Below, piece by piece: positions 26,931 through 35,292 of a DNA stretch of 64,000 nt. The notes beneath the pieces are model-generated. The model was not told the origin of the DNA and did no database searches. It saw only the letters and a list, made by a program, of their open reading frames with translations. How positions within the stretch are numbered: position 1 is the first letter of the stretch; each line of letters starts with the position of its first letter. A program made the position numbers and the translations under genes. Source of the stretch: an uncultured Ignavibacteriaceae bacterium (lineage in GTDB: Bacteria; Bacteroidota; Ignavibacteria; UBA10030); the NCBI GenBank assembly GCA_964473365.1, contig CAYYOV010000007.1:5015-69014 (forward strand), read 5' to 3'.

Positions 26931-27695
26931 TCATCGCGTCGAACGCCGCGCCCTCTGCACGATCGCAACCATTTCCCGCACTGCGGTCTCTAATCCCACC
27001 GTCAATGCTCGCACGATGATCGCGTATCCAATGCTCATCTCACCGATCGCCGGGAGAGCCGCGAGCCGTTGCACATTCCGGTAGTTCAAACCGTGACCGG
27101 CGTTGACCCCGAGGCCGATGGTCCGCGCATACACGGCGGCGGAGCGGAGACGGCGAAATTCCGCGGTCCGTCGTGCTGCCGTCCTCGCATCAGAATAATC
27201 GCCCGTGTGCAATTCGACCCAGTCGGCCTCCGTCGAACGCGCCGCATCCAATTGTCGGTGGTCCGGATCTGTGAACAGGCTCACGGGAATCCCCGCATCG
27301 TGAAATCGGGCGACAACCTGTTTCATCTTCCGCAGCTGACGTGCAACATCGAGTCCACCTTCGGTCGTCAGCTCATGCCGACGTTCGGGAACCAGGGTCA
27401 CAAGGTCGGGCTTCGTGCGAAGGGCTATCCGCATGATCTCCGGGGTGGCCGCCATCTCGAGGTCGAGCTTCATACTGATCTCCCTGCGCAGACGTCGAAC
27501 GTCCTCATCCCGTATGTGGCGGCGATCCTCCCGCAAATGGCAGACGATCCCGTCTGCCCCGGCTCGAAGGCACGTTCGGGCCGCCTCGACGATGTCCGGC
27601 AGGCGCCCATTCCGGGCGTTCCGAAGAGTCGCGATGTGATCGATGTTGATGAGCAGGCTTATCGGCCTGGAAGGCATTGAGACCATGGGGGACAT
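26931..27695 (-). CDS. pdxJ: Pyridoxine 5'-phosphate synthase PdxJ
   Basis: LLINIDHIATLRNARNG...IVCHLREDRRHI...ELHTG... are PdxJ signatures. Alternative in-frame starts at 27686 and 27677. Confidence 0.9.
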   Translation of the reverse strand: MSPMVSMPSRPISLLINIDHIATLRNARNGRLPDIVEAARTCLRAGADGIVCHLREDRRHIRDEDVRRLRREISMKLDLEMAATPEIMRIALRTKPDLVTLVPERRHELTTEGGLDVARQLRKMKQVVARFHDAGIPVSLFTDPDHRQLDAARSTEADWVELHTGDYSDARTAARRTAEFRRLRSAAVYARTIGLGVNAGHGLNYRNVQRLAALPAIGEMSIGYAIIVRALTVGLETAVREMVAIVQRARRSTR

Positions 27696-27810
27696 TCCAA
27701 ACTATGACAATCGGAAGAATATACGCAATTTCCCTTGTCGACGGGTCGCAACAACGGTCCATGTGGCTCCGTATCCCCGAATGGAACCGACCTCATTCCC
27801 GAGATCACCC

Positions 27811-29463
27811 ATGAATGCTCTCCGATCTGCTGTCTTGCTCTCATTCGTCGTGCTTTCCGTCGCCCCAGCCCAATCGTCGCGACGCGCAATCGATGAAGAG
27901 GATGACTTCACCGCGCGACTCGAGCGCGAGATCGACCGTCTCGTCAACCGATTTTCGCGTGCCAGCGAGCCTGCGATCGATGATACCCTCGATCGCAAGC
28001 GGTCACGTTCCGTGCGGACCGCCGACATCAACTCCGAGGACTATGCGCGTTCGCACACCGGCAACACGACGATCGAGTCCGATGAGCGGGTGGATGGTGA
28101 CGTCGTCGTCAAGGGAGGCAATTTGACGATCTATGGCACGGTCGAGGGTGACGTGCTGGTCGTCGGCGGGAATCTGTACGTTCGGGACAATGGCCATGTG
28201 ACCGGCAACGCCCGCGTCATCAATGGAACCATCGAGAAATCCGGCGACGGCCGGATCGACGGCTACGAGGACCGCAGCAATGGCACCGCGTCCTACCGGA
28301 CCGACCGAACACGCTTTCGCCGGCTTGGGACCAGTTTCGATGCTCCCTGGCTGAACGAATTCGGCAACTTCGACAATGCCGTCGTTCGCTACAACCGCGT
28401 CGAAGGCATCTTTCTCGGGATCCGGTCGGAGAAGAAGTACTATTGGGACGGCCGGCGTGATTGGACCGCGTTCGGTTCGGTCGGCTGGGGATTTAAATCG
28501 CACACCTGGCGTTATAATCTCGGGCTCGCGCGGCAGTTCGCATTTTCGTCCGACGGAAGCCAGATCTTCGAGCTCGGCGCAGAAGGATACAGCCTGACCG
28601 ACACCAAGGACCGCTGGATCATCAGCACGAACGAGAACTCCGCCGCCGCATTCTTCATTCATGAGGATTTTCAGGACTACTTCAGCCGGCGCGGTTTCAC
28701 AGGCCACGTAGCCTGGCTCACGCAGGGAAACACGCTGCGCACAGAGGTCCGGGTCGGGTACTCAGCCGACATGTACGATTCCCTCCAGTTGAAAGCAGAC
28801 TGGGCGCTCTTCGGCGGCGACAAACGGTTCCGCCTCAACCCGCCCGTGGACGAGGGGAACATGCGGAGCGTCACGACCTCGATCGGATTGACGACCGTGG
28901 AGAAGACATCGCACGGACCGGAAGGGTGGACCGTAACGGCGACGGGCGAATTCGGCCGCAAGATGGCGGGAAGCGACTTTGCGTTCAATCAATACATCTT
29001 CGACCTACGACGGTATCAGCCGTTGGGTCGATATGACAACATCAACGTCCGCTTCCGGGCAGGATCATCAGAGGGCGTTCTGCCGGTGCAACGTGATTAC
29101 GAGCTCGGCGGACTCGGCACCTTGCACGCTTATCGCTTCAAGTCGGAGCGAGGTAACCGGATGTTGCTGGTGAATGCCGAGTACATTGTGGATGGGAATT
29201 TCCTCGACGACCTGGATTTCTGGCCGTCGGACCTCTTTGGGGGCATCAATTTCTTGCTGCTCTCCGATGCTGGCCTCGTGCGCACGGCGTTACCGACCGC
29301 TGATTTTCAGGACGGCTTCGGGAAGGTCACGTGGGGCGAATTGAGACACAATCTGGGCTTTGGCCTGGCCAACAAGAGCGGTAGTTTCCGCGTTGCTTAC
29401 ACCTGGCGCACCACAGAGAAGGGACCGGGCACGTGGACGTTCCGGTTCGTCCGACCGTTCTAA
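27811..29463 (+). CDS. Outer membrane protein with an N-terminal bactofilin-like beta-helix repeat region fused to a C-terminal Omp85-family (bacterial surface antigen) beta-barrel; no POTRA domain
   Basis: Signal peptide (MNALRSAVLLSFVVLSVAPAQS) and an acidic linker. Bactofilin/CcmA-type repeats (DGDVVVKGGNLTIYGTVEGDVLVVGGNLYVRDNGHVTGNARVINGTIEKSGDGRIDG). A C-terminal ~400 aa barrel with the Omp85-like GGLGTLHAYRF...GNRMLLVNAEYIV...LFGGINFLLLSDAG and a terminal aromatic (FVRPF). Confidence 0.6.
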   Translation: MNALRSAVLLSFVVLSVAPAQSSRRAIDEEDDFTARLEREIDRLVNRFSRASEPAIDDTLDRKRSRSVRTADINSEDYARSHTGNTTIESDERVDGDVVVKGGNLTIYGTVEGDVLVVGGNLYVRDNGHVTGNARVINGTIEKSGDGRIDGYEDRSNGTASYRTDRTRFRRLGTSFDAPWLNEFGNFDNAVVRYNRVEGIFLGIRSEKKYYWDGRRDWTAFGSVGWGFKSHTWRYNLGLARQFAFSSDGSQIFELGAEGYSLTDTKDRWIISTNENSAAAFFIHEDFQDYFSRRGFTGHVAWLTQGNTLRTEVRVGYSADMYDSLQLKADWALFGGDKRFRLNPPVDEGNMRSVTTSIGLTTVEKTSHGPEGWTVTATGEFGRKMAGSDFAFNQYIFDLRRYQPLGRYDNINVRFRAGSSEGVLPVQRDYELGGLGTLHAYRFKSERGNRMLLVNAEYIVDGNFLDDLDFWPSDLFGGINFLLLSDAGLVRTALPTADFQDGFGKVTWGELRHNLGFGLANKSGSFRVAYTWRTTEKGPGTWTFRFVRPF

Positions 29464-29493
29464 GGTCAACATCGATCCTCTTCGCTTCGCATC

Positions 29494-29527
29494 GCAGGCG
29501 GCCCCAGGGCCGCCTGCCGTCTTTCTG
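29494..29527 (+). terminator. Rho-independent terminator after the bactofilin-Omp85 gene
   Basis: gcaggcggcc-ccag-ggccgcctgc is a 10-bp GC stem, followed by cgtctttctgg. Confidence 0.6.
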
Positions 29528-29782
29528 GCCGCTCACGACTTTTTCCTATATTGCGCGACACGCACAGGGGTCGCATTATGCATCGACGAACCGTACAGAT
29601 GGCGTTGCTTGTTCTCTTCGCTGAACGAACGGGCCCAGGTGACGGAGATGAAGTTGAACGTGCCCAACAATGACTTCTGGTTCGATGAACTCGAATTCAG
29701 GAAGAGCAGGTAGGATGAAGCGGTCAGCGCAGCGTTCGCTCGTCAACAGCGTCCATCACCCGGCGACACCTGTGGAGGAGAG

Positions 29783-30301
29783 ATGACAACACCATCAACC
29801 GAACTCGCCACCCTTGGTGGCGGATGCTTCTGGTGCGTGGAGGCGATCTATGAACAGATCCCCGGTGTGCAGAAGGTGGTTTCCGGCTATGCTGGTGGGC
29901 ACGTTAACAATCCGACGTATGAGCAGGTCTGCTCCGGCACGACCGGCCATGCGGAAGTAGCGCAGATCACGTTCGATCCGACGAAGATCTCGTACGAAGA
30001 CCTGCTTAGCTGGTTCTGGAAGGCCCACGACCCCACGACGCTCAACCGTCAGGGGGCCGACGTTGGTACGCAGTACCGTTCGGTCATCTTCACCCATTCC
30101 CACAACCAGCGCCGAACGGCCGAACGCTCGAAAGCTGAAGCACAGAAGGATTGGACCGATCCGATCGTGACCGAGATCGTCCCACTCGACCGGTTCTATC
30201 CTGCCGAAGACTATCATCAGCAATATTACCGCAACCATGCCGCGGCGCCGTATTGCCAGTTCGTCATTCGTCCGAAGCTCAAGAAGCTGAACATGGAATG
30301 A
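29783..30301 (+). CDS. msrA: Peptide-methionine (S)-S-oxide reductase MsrA
   Basis: LATLGGGCFWCVEA active-site motif and the overall 172-aa MsrA layout. GGAGG RBS upstream. Confidence 0.9.
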   Translation: MTTPSTELATLGGGCFWCVEAIYEQIPGVQKVVSGYAGGHVNNPTYEQVCSGTTGHAEVAQITFDPTKISYEDLLSWFWKAHDPTTLNRQGADVGTQYRSVIFTHSHNQRRTAERSKAEAQKDWTDPIVTEIVPLDRFYPAEDYHQQYYRNHAAAPYCQFVIRPKLKKLNME

Positions 30302-31536
30302 CCATGCCGACCCGTCGCTGCCTCATCATCGTCCTGTCACTCGCTCCGTACACCATGTCCGCTCAGAACAGCGCTCCGTCAGCCCAAGAACTTGCTGCGC
30401 TCCACGATCAGGTGCGGGTCAACGCGATCACCTCACGCAAATTCACACAAGCCGAACTCACCCGCTGGCTGGCACCTGCCGTCACGAACGGCGTCGTGAC
30501 GGCTGAACCCGTCGGAGCCTCGGGCGAAGGACGGCCGCTCACGCTCTACACATACGGCACGGGCTCCACGCGCGTCCTGCTTTGGTCGCAGATGCACGGA
30601 GACGAGCCAACGGCCACCATGGCCCTTGTCGACCTCGTTGCGCTCTTTCAGCAGCGACCGGCCGATCCTCTCGTGAAACTCATTCGCGAGCGGCTGACGC
30701 TGTTGATGCTCCCAATGATCAATCCTGACGGGGCAGAGCGGTTCACGCGACGCACGGCGCAACGCATCGATATGAACCGTGACGCGCTCGCCCTCGAGAC
30801 GCCCGAAGCCCGGACGCTGAAGGCGGTGCGTGACCGGTTCGATCCCCAATTCGGGTTCAACCTTCACGACCAGGACCCGCGTTACACTGTCGGTACGACA
30901 CGGGCGATCACCGCCATCGCGCTGCTCGCTCCGCCGGTCGACGAAAGCCGGCAGGACAACGAGGTGCGCGCACGGGCGAAACATGTGGCGGCGGGCATCG
31001 CGGCAACGCTCGGCCAACTGATCCCGGGAACGATCGCGAAGTGGGACGATACGTTCGAACCGCGGGCGTTCGGCGACAACATCCAACGGTGGGGGACGAG
31101 CACCGTGCTGATCGAATCGGGCGGATGGCCGGGCGACAAACAAAAGATGCATCTGCGTGCCATGAACTTTGTGGCCTTGCTCGATGCCTTCCGCCGGATG
31201 GCCGATGGCTCGTGGGCATCAACGCCGACCGATGCCTATGAGGCCCTGGCGTTCAACATGAAGCTCGGATGCGACGTGTTGATCCAGAATGCACGGATCC
31301 GTCCTTCACCGAAGGCGCCGGCAGCGCGCGTGGATGTGGCGGTGAACATCGACGAGGTATCGGACAATGGCGAGTCGCCCACCATCCGTGCAACTGTCAT
31401 CGACATCGGCGATCTTCGCACATTCACGGGCTATGAGACCGTCGATGCGGGGGGCGCAGAGATCGACTCCCTGGTTGTAAAGGTCGACAAGGTCCTGACG
31501 CTCGAACAGCTCAAATCGCTCATACCGCGCAAATAG
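30298..31536 (+). CDS. M14-family zinc carboxypeptidase (secreted)
   Basis: Signal peptide, then the zinc-binding HGDEP (HxxE) motif in WSQMHGDEPTAT and a downstream His/Glu region. The ATG at 30298 overlaps the msrA stop (ATGA). Alternative ATG at 30304. Confidence 0.7.
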   Translation: MTMPTRRCLIIVLSLAPYTMSAQNSAPSAQELAALHDQVRVNAITSRKFTQAELTRWLAPAVTNGVVTAEPVGASGEGRPLTLYTYGTGSTRVLLWSQMHGDEPTATMALVDLVALFQQRPADPLVKLIRERLTLLMLPMINPDGAERFTRRTAQRIDMNRDALALETPEARTLKAVRDRFDPQFGFNLHDQDPRYTVGTTRAITAIALLAPPVDESRQDNEVRARAKHVAAGIAATLGQLIPGTIAKWDDTFEPRAFGDNIQRWGTSTVLIESGGWPGDKQKMHLRAMNFVALLDAFRRMADGSWASTPTDAYEALAFNMKLGCDVLIQNARIRPSPKAPAARVDVAVNIDEVSDNGESPTIRATVIDIGDLRTFTGYETVDAGGAEIDSLVVKVDKVLTLEQLKSLIPRK

Positions 31537-31649
31537 CGACGATCGGCCGTGGCAATATCCCCGGCCGATTGCACTCAGCCCCTCTTTTCGGTAGTTTTCC
31601 GCACTTTCTCTGGGGCCGCGCCTCTGCTTTATCCGCAAAGCCGGTGCCC

Positions 31650-31677
31650 GGAACCTCTTGCTCCACGCTCCCGTTGA
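31650..31677 (+). promoter_or_regulatory. Candidate ECF-type promoter (GGAAC-N17-CGTT) upstream of the ECF sigma factor gene
   Basis: GGAAC at 31650-31654, a 17-nt spacer and CGTT at 31672-31675, ~65 nt upstream of the sigma gene ATG. This resembles autoregulated ECF promoters. It is a motif match only. Confidence 0.3.
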
Positions 31678-31741
31678 CCGTCTGTGGATCGCCGCTGAAA
31701 GGGCGGGTTGGTCGACGGGGGCTGTCACTCACGACCGACGA

Positions 31742-32353
31742 ATGATACCCCTGTTTTTGACAGCGATCCTCTCCGGCCGCACCGATCGTCACGCGGAGTT
31801 CGAAGCCGAGGCTATGCCGCATATGGATATCCTCTACAACTTCGCCCTCCGTACGACCGGTGATGCTGACGACGCGAAGGATCTCCTTCAGGAGACGTTC
31901 CTGAAGGCCTACCGGTTCTGGGATAAGTACGAGAAGGGTACGAACATTCGTGCCTGGCTCTTCCGCATCATGAAGAACTCGTACATCAATCGCTACCGGA
32001 AAGAATCCCGCGAGCCGGACAAGGTGGACTACGAGGACGTCGAGAATTTCTACGACTCGATCCGCGACGACTCAAAGGAGACGAGCGATCTGCAGCAGCG
32101 GATGTTCGGCAATCTTCTGGGTGACGAGGTCACAACCGCGCTCCAGGAGATGCCTGATGATTTTCGCACCGTGGTGATTCTCTGCGACATCGAAGGATTG
32201 ACGTACGAAGAGATCGCCGAGTTTCTCAATTGTCCCATCGGTACGGTGCGGTCCAGGCTGCATCGAGGTCGTAAGATGCTCCAGGCGCGCCTTCATCGAT
32301 ACGCTCGGGCGCACGGATATGTGTCCGGGAAATCGGACGAGGCTGAGGGCTGA
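31742..32353 (+). CDS. ECF (sigma-70 family, group 4) RNA polymerase sigma factor
   Basis: Region 2 (DAKDLLQETFLKAYRFWDKY) and region 4 HTH (LTYEEIAEFLNCPIGTVRSRLHRGRKML). ~200 aa. Confidence 0.8.
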   Translation: MIPLFLTAILSGRTDRHAEFEAEAMPHMDILYNFALRTTGDADDAKDLLQETFLKAYRFWDKYEKGTNIRAWLFRIMKNSYINRYRKESREPDKVDYEDVENFYDSIRDDSKETSDLQQRMFGNLLGDEVTTALQEMPDDFRTVVILCDIEGLTYEEIAEFLNCPIGTVRSRLHRGRKMLQARLHRYARAHGYVSGKSDEAEG

Positions 32354-32396
32354 TGCATTTCACTATCGTTGATGAACACTTTTTCAGGATCGTTCT

Positions 32397-33230
32397 GTGA
32401 ACTGTACTGATGCACACGAACTGGCCGGTCCCGCGCTCGACGGCCACCTGTCTGAACAGGATCGCGCGGCGTTTCAGGAGCATCTTCGCTCGTGCCGCGT
32501 CTGCCGGCGAGATTTTGAGCTCGAGTCGTCTATCCGTTCGTTCCTCCGCACGGCGGTCGAACCGGTAGAGACGCCCGGCGCAGTCCGTCGTTCGGTCGTC
32601 GACGCCGTCCGTGCCGAAGCACGTTCTCAACAGAAGGCCGAGGGTCGGGATTGGTGGTCGATGATCTTTGGCCGCGTGCCCGCACCGATCGTCGGACTCG
32701 GGCTTGCGGTCGTCCTTATTGCATTCGCACTGTTCCCCGTTGGTCCGAACGACGACCTGATCCGCCATGCGGCCGCGAACGACGTCATCAACCAGGCCGC
32801 AGAGAATTTTCAGCTCATCCGCGACGGTAAGGTGAAACCCGCGATCACCTCGTGCTCGCCCGAACAGGTCGGCGCGTATCTCGAATCACAACGGATGCCG
32901 TTCCACGTCGATCTTCGGCCGATGGAACGGTGTGACGGGTACAGCGCTGTTGTGAACGACTATCACGGCGTGCGGCTCGCACATGTGGTGTACAAAATTG
33001 GGGACGAATTGCTGTATGTTTTGCAGGTCCAGAAGGATGAGGCGCTCGGGCGTGAGGCACATTTGACGATGCCGCCAGCGGCACGCGAAGCGATCGAGCG
33101 CACCGGATGGTACACCGATCCGCAGCATCCCGACTGCAATGTGGTGATGTGGGAGGATGGCGGCACGCTGTGCGCGGCCGCCTCAACGATGCAGAAAGAG
33201 AAGATGATGGCCGTCCTGGCCAGTCGCTGA
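32397..33230 (+). CDS. Anti-sigma factor with an N-terminal zf-HC2 zinc-finger, a single TM segment and a periplasmic domain
   Basis: GTG start 43 nt after the sigma gene. HLxxCxxC motif (HLRSCRVCRRDFE), a TM helix (PAPIVGLGLAVVLIAFALF) and a ~170-aa C-terminal domain. Confidence 0.65.
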   Translation: MNCTDAHELAGPALDGHLSEQDRAAFQEHLRSCRVCRRDFELESSIRSFLRTAVEPVETPGAVRRSVVDAVRAEARSQQKAEGRDWWSMIFGRVPAPIVGLGLAVVLIAFALFPVGPNDDLIRHAAANDVINQAAENFQLIRDGKVKPAITSCSPEQVGAYLESQRMPFHVDLRPMERCDGYSAVVNDYHGVRLAHVVYKIGDELLYVLQVQKDEALGREAHLTMPPAAREAIERTGWYTDPQHPDCNVVMWEDGGTLCAAASTMQKEKMMAVLASR

Positions 33231-33234
33231 TCGC

Positions 33235-33936
33235 TCAGCGACCGATGAACAACCGATCCGCGAGCCGGGAGGGCAGCCCCGACTCGCGAATCTTTTTTGC
33301 GGCCGCTTCGATGTCGTAGGACACGCGGACGTTACGGTAGTTCCACGCGGCCTCGTCGAAAAGTCCGTAGCTGGCCTCCGGATCGCCGTCACGGGGCTGG
33401 CCGACGCTGCCCACATTGATGATGGTCCTCTCCTCGCGCCGGAGGGGACCCTGGGCCTTTCGCTCGCGGAAGATGGCCGGCGTGTGGGTATGGCCGATGA
33501 AACAGGCGCCGCGGTCGAATGCGCTGAACGCTTCTCGCGCATCGATGGAATCAAATACGTACGTCCAGAGTGCTGGTTCGAGGGGCGAGGCGTGAACGAA
33601 TACGATGTCGGGTTCGGTGAGGGACAGCGGAAGGCCGCGGAGGTACTGAAGATGGTCAGCCGAGAGTTCTCCCCGCGTCCAGAGAATGGCTTGTGCGGCA
33701 TGTGACGAAAACCGTTCGGCCATCGATTGGTCGACCGCAGCGGCGTCATGGTTCCCCAGGACCGTCATCGCACACGCCGCTCGCACCCGCTCAATGCACG
33801 GCCCGGGATCGGCGCCGTACCCGACAATATCCCCCAGACAAACGATCCGGTCCACTCCGTTGCCGGCGATCGAGCCCAAGACCGCCTCGAGCGCCTCTAG
33901 GTTGCCGTGAATATCCGAGATGATCGCAGTGCGCAT
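33235..33936 (-). CDS. Metallophosphoesterase (calcineurin-like phosphoesterase, YfcE/MJ0936-like)
   Basis: MRTAIISDIHGN ... CLGDIVGYG ... GNHD ... GHTH motifs in canonical order. Confidence 0.8.
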   Translation of the reverse strand: MRTAIISDIHGNLEALEAVLGSIAGNGVDRIVCLGDIVGYGADPGPCIERVRAACAMTVLGNHDAAAVDQSMAERFSSHAAQAILWTRGELSADHLQYLRGLPLSLTEPDIVFVHASPLEPALWTYVFDSIDAREAFSAFDRGACFIGHTHTPAIFRERKAQGPLRREERTIINVGSVGQPRDGDPEASYGLFDEAAWNYRNVRVSYDIEAAAKKIRESGLPSRLADRLFIGR

Positions 33937-34026
33937 GTTCCTTGGTGTCCTCGGACGTTCCGGACGATGAGCGATCCGGCGGGCCGCATCATGGTGACTG
34001 GCTGAGGACCACTGGTCCGCGGCCGG

Positions 34027-35292
34027 TTACGTCTTCTGCTGCTTTTTTTTGGCGGCTGGAAAGAGGATGTTATTCAGAATGAGTCGGTACCCCGGCGACG
34101 TGCGATGGAGCGACAGGTCGGTCGGCGGATCGCCAACTGCATGCTGATAGTCCTCGGGATCGTGGCCGCTGTACCACGTGAAGGTTCCCCGGCCGAAGTT
34201 GCCGTGAAGATACCGCACCTCCTCCGTCCCGTCCCGCTCCGCCAGCACCGTTACCGTCCGCTTGATGGCTCCTTTCCGGAATGCCGTCGTCTGGCCCATG
34301 AAGCCCTTCACGATCGACACGTGATTCTGCGTCAGCATCGTAGGAACGGGGTCGTGCTTCGCCGAAAATTCGAAGAGCGTAAAATAGTCAGTGTTCGGGT
34401 CCCGGATCGGCGGCGGGTCTGATGGCGGCAGGTCGATGTCGGAGTACTCGTACCGATAGGGGTTCATGTCGAGCGCGAAGTTCTCGAATGCCAGGGTCTT
34501 TCGGAAGTCGAGTTTCGACGCTGCCTGCGGGTCGGTTGGATCTCCGTCGAACATCACGTCAGCAATATCCACTCCTTCCGCGGCCAACGCGATGTCGTAC
34601 GAGTCGGTCGCGGAGCACATGGCAAACATGAATCCGCCGTTGCCGACGAAGTCGCGAATGGAGCGCGCGACCGCTTTCTTTTCCTCCGAGACCTTGGCGT
34701 ACCCCAGCCGTCGGGCTTCGCGTTCATACATCGCTTGTTGCTCCACGTACCACTGCGCCGTCCTGAAGTTGGCGAAGAATTTTCCGTACTGTCCGGTGAA
34801 GTCCTCGTGATGCAGATGCAGCCAGTCGTATTCGGCTAGCTTGCCTGACAACACTTCTTCGTCCCATACCTTCGTGTATGGTACTTCCGCGTATTCGAGC
34901 GCGAGGGTCACGGCGTCGTCCCACGGCTTGAAGTTGGGAGGGGCGTAGACAGCGATCTTCGGTGCCTTCTCGAGTCGTACGACGTCGGTATTCGCATCTT
35001 CGCGCTGAACATCCGCCAACACCTGTGCCGCCTGACCTGCAGAGAGGCTTTCGAACGACACACCCCGAACGCGGCATTCCCGGGCCACCGGCTCTGCCTG
35101 GTCGATGAGAAATGAGCCGCCCCGATAGTTCAGCAGCCAGTCGACCTGCCCATTCTTCTCCAGCACCCAAAACGCCACGCCATACGCCTTCAGGTGGTTC
35201 GTTTGCGTCAGATCCATAGGAATGAGCACTTTCGGCTGCGCCAACGCGCTTCCCGCAAGAGCGAAAACAAGCACAACGCACCAGCGCTTCAT
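34027..35292 (-). CDS. Hypothetical secreted protein (421 aa), translationally coupled to the upstream TPR protein
   Basis: Signal peptide (MKRWCVVLVFALAGSALAQP). No confidently recognised domain. The ATG at 35292 overlaps the TPR gene's stop (ATGA). Confidence 0.45.
   Translation of the reverse strand: MKRWCVVLVFALAGSALAQPKVLIPMDLTQTNHLKAYGVAFWVLEKNGQVDWLLNYRGGSFLIDQAEPVARECRVRGVSFESLSAGQAAQVLADVQREDANTDVVRLEKAPKIAVYAPPNFKPWDDAVTLALEYAEVPYTKVWDEEVLSGKLAEYDWLHLHHEDFTGQYGKFFANFRTAQWYVEQQAMYEREARRLGYAKVSEEKKAVARSIRDFVGNGGFMFAMCSATDSYDIALAAEGVDIADVMFDGDPTDPQAASKLDFRKTLAFENFALDMNPYRYEYSDIDLPPSDPPPIRDPNTDYFTLFEFSAKHDPVPTMLTQNHVSIVKGFMGQTTAFRKGAIKRTVTVLAERDGTEEVRYLHGNFGRGTFTWYSGHDPEDYQHAVGDPPTDLSLHRTSPGYRLILNNILFPAAKKKQQKT

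Noticed and set aside
29578-29673. 31-codon mini-ORF in the intergenic region upstream of msrA
   Set aside because: No RBS, no conservation evidence, and it lies within a probable 5' UTR. It is too short to support.
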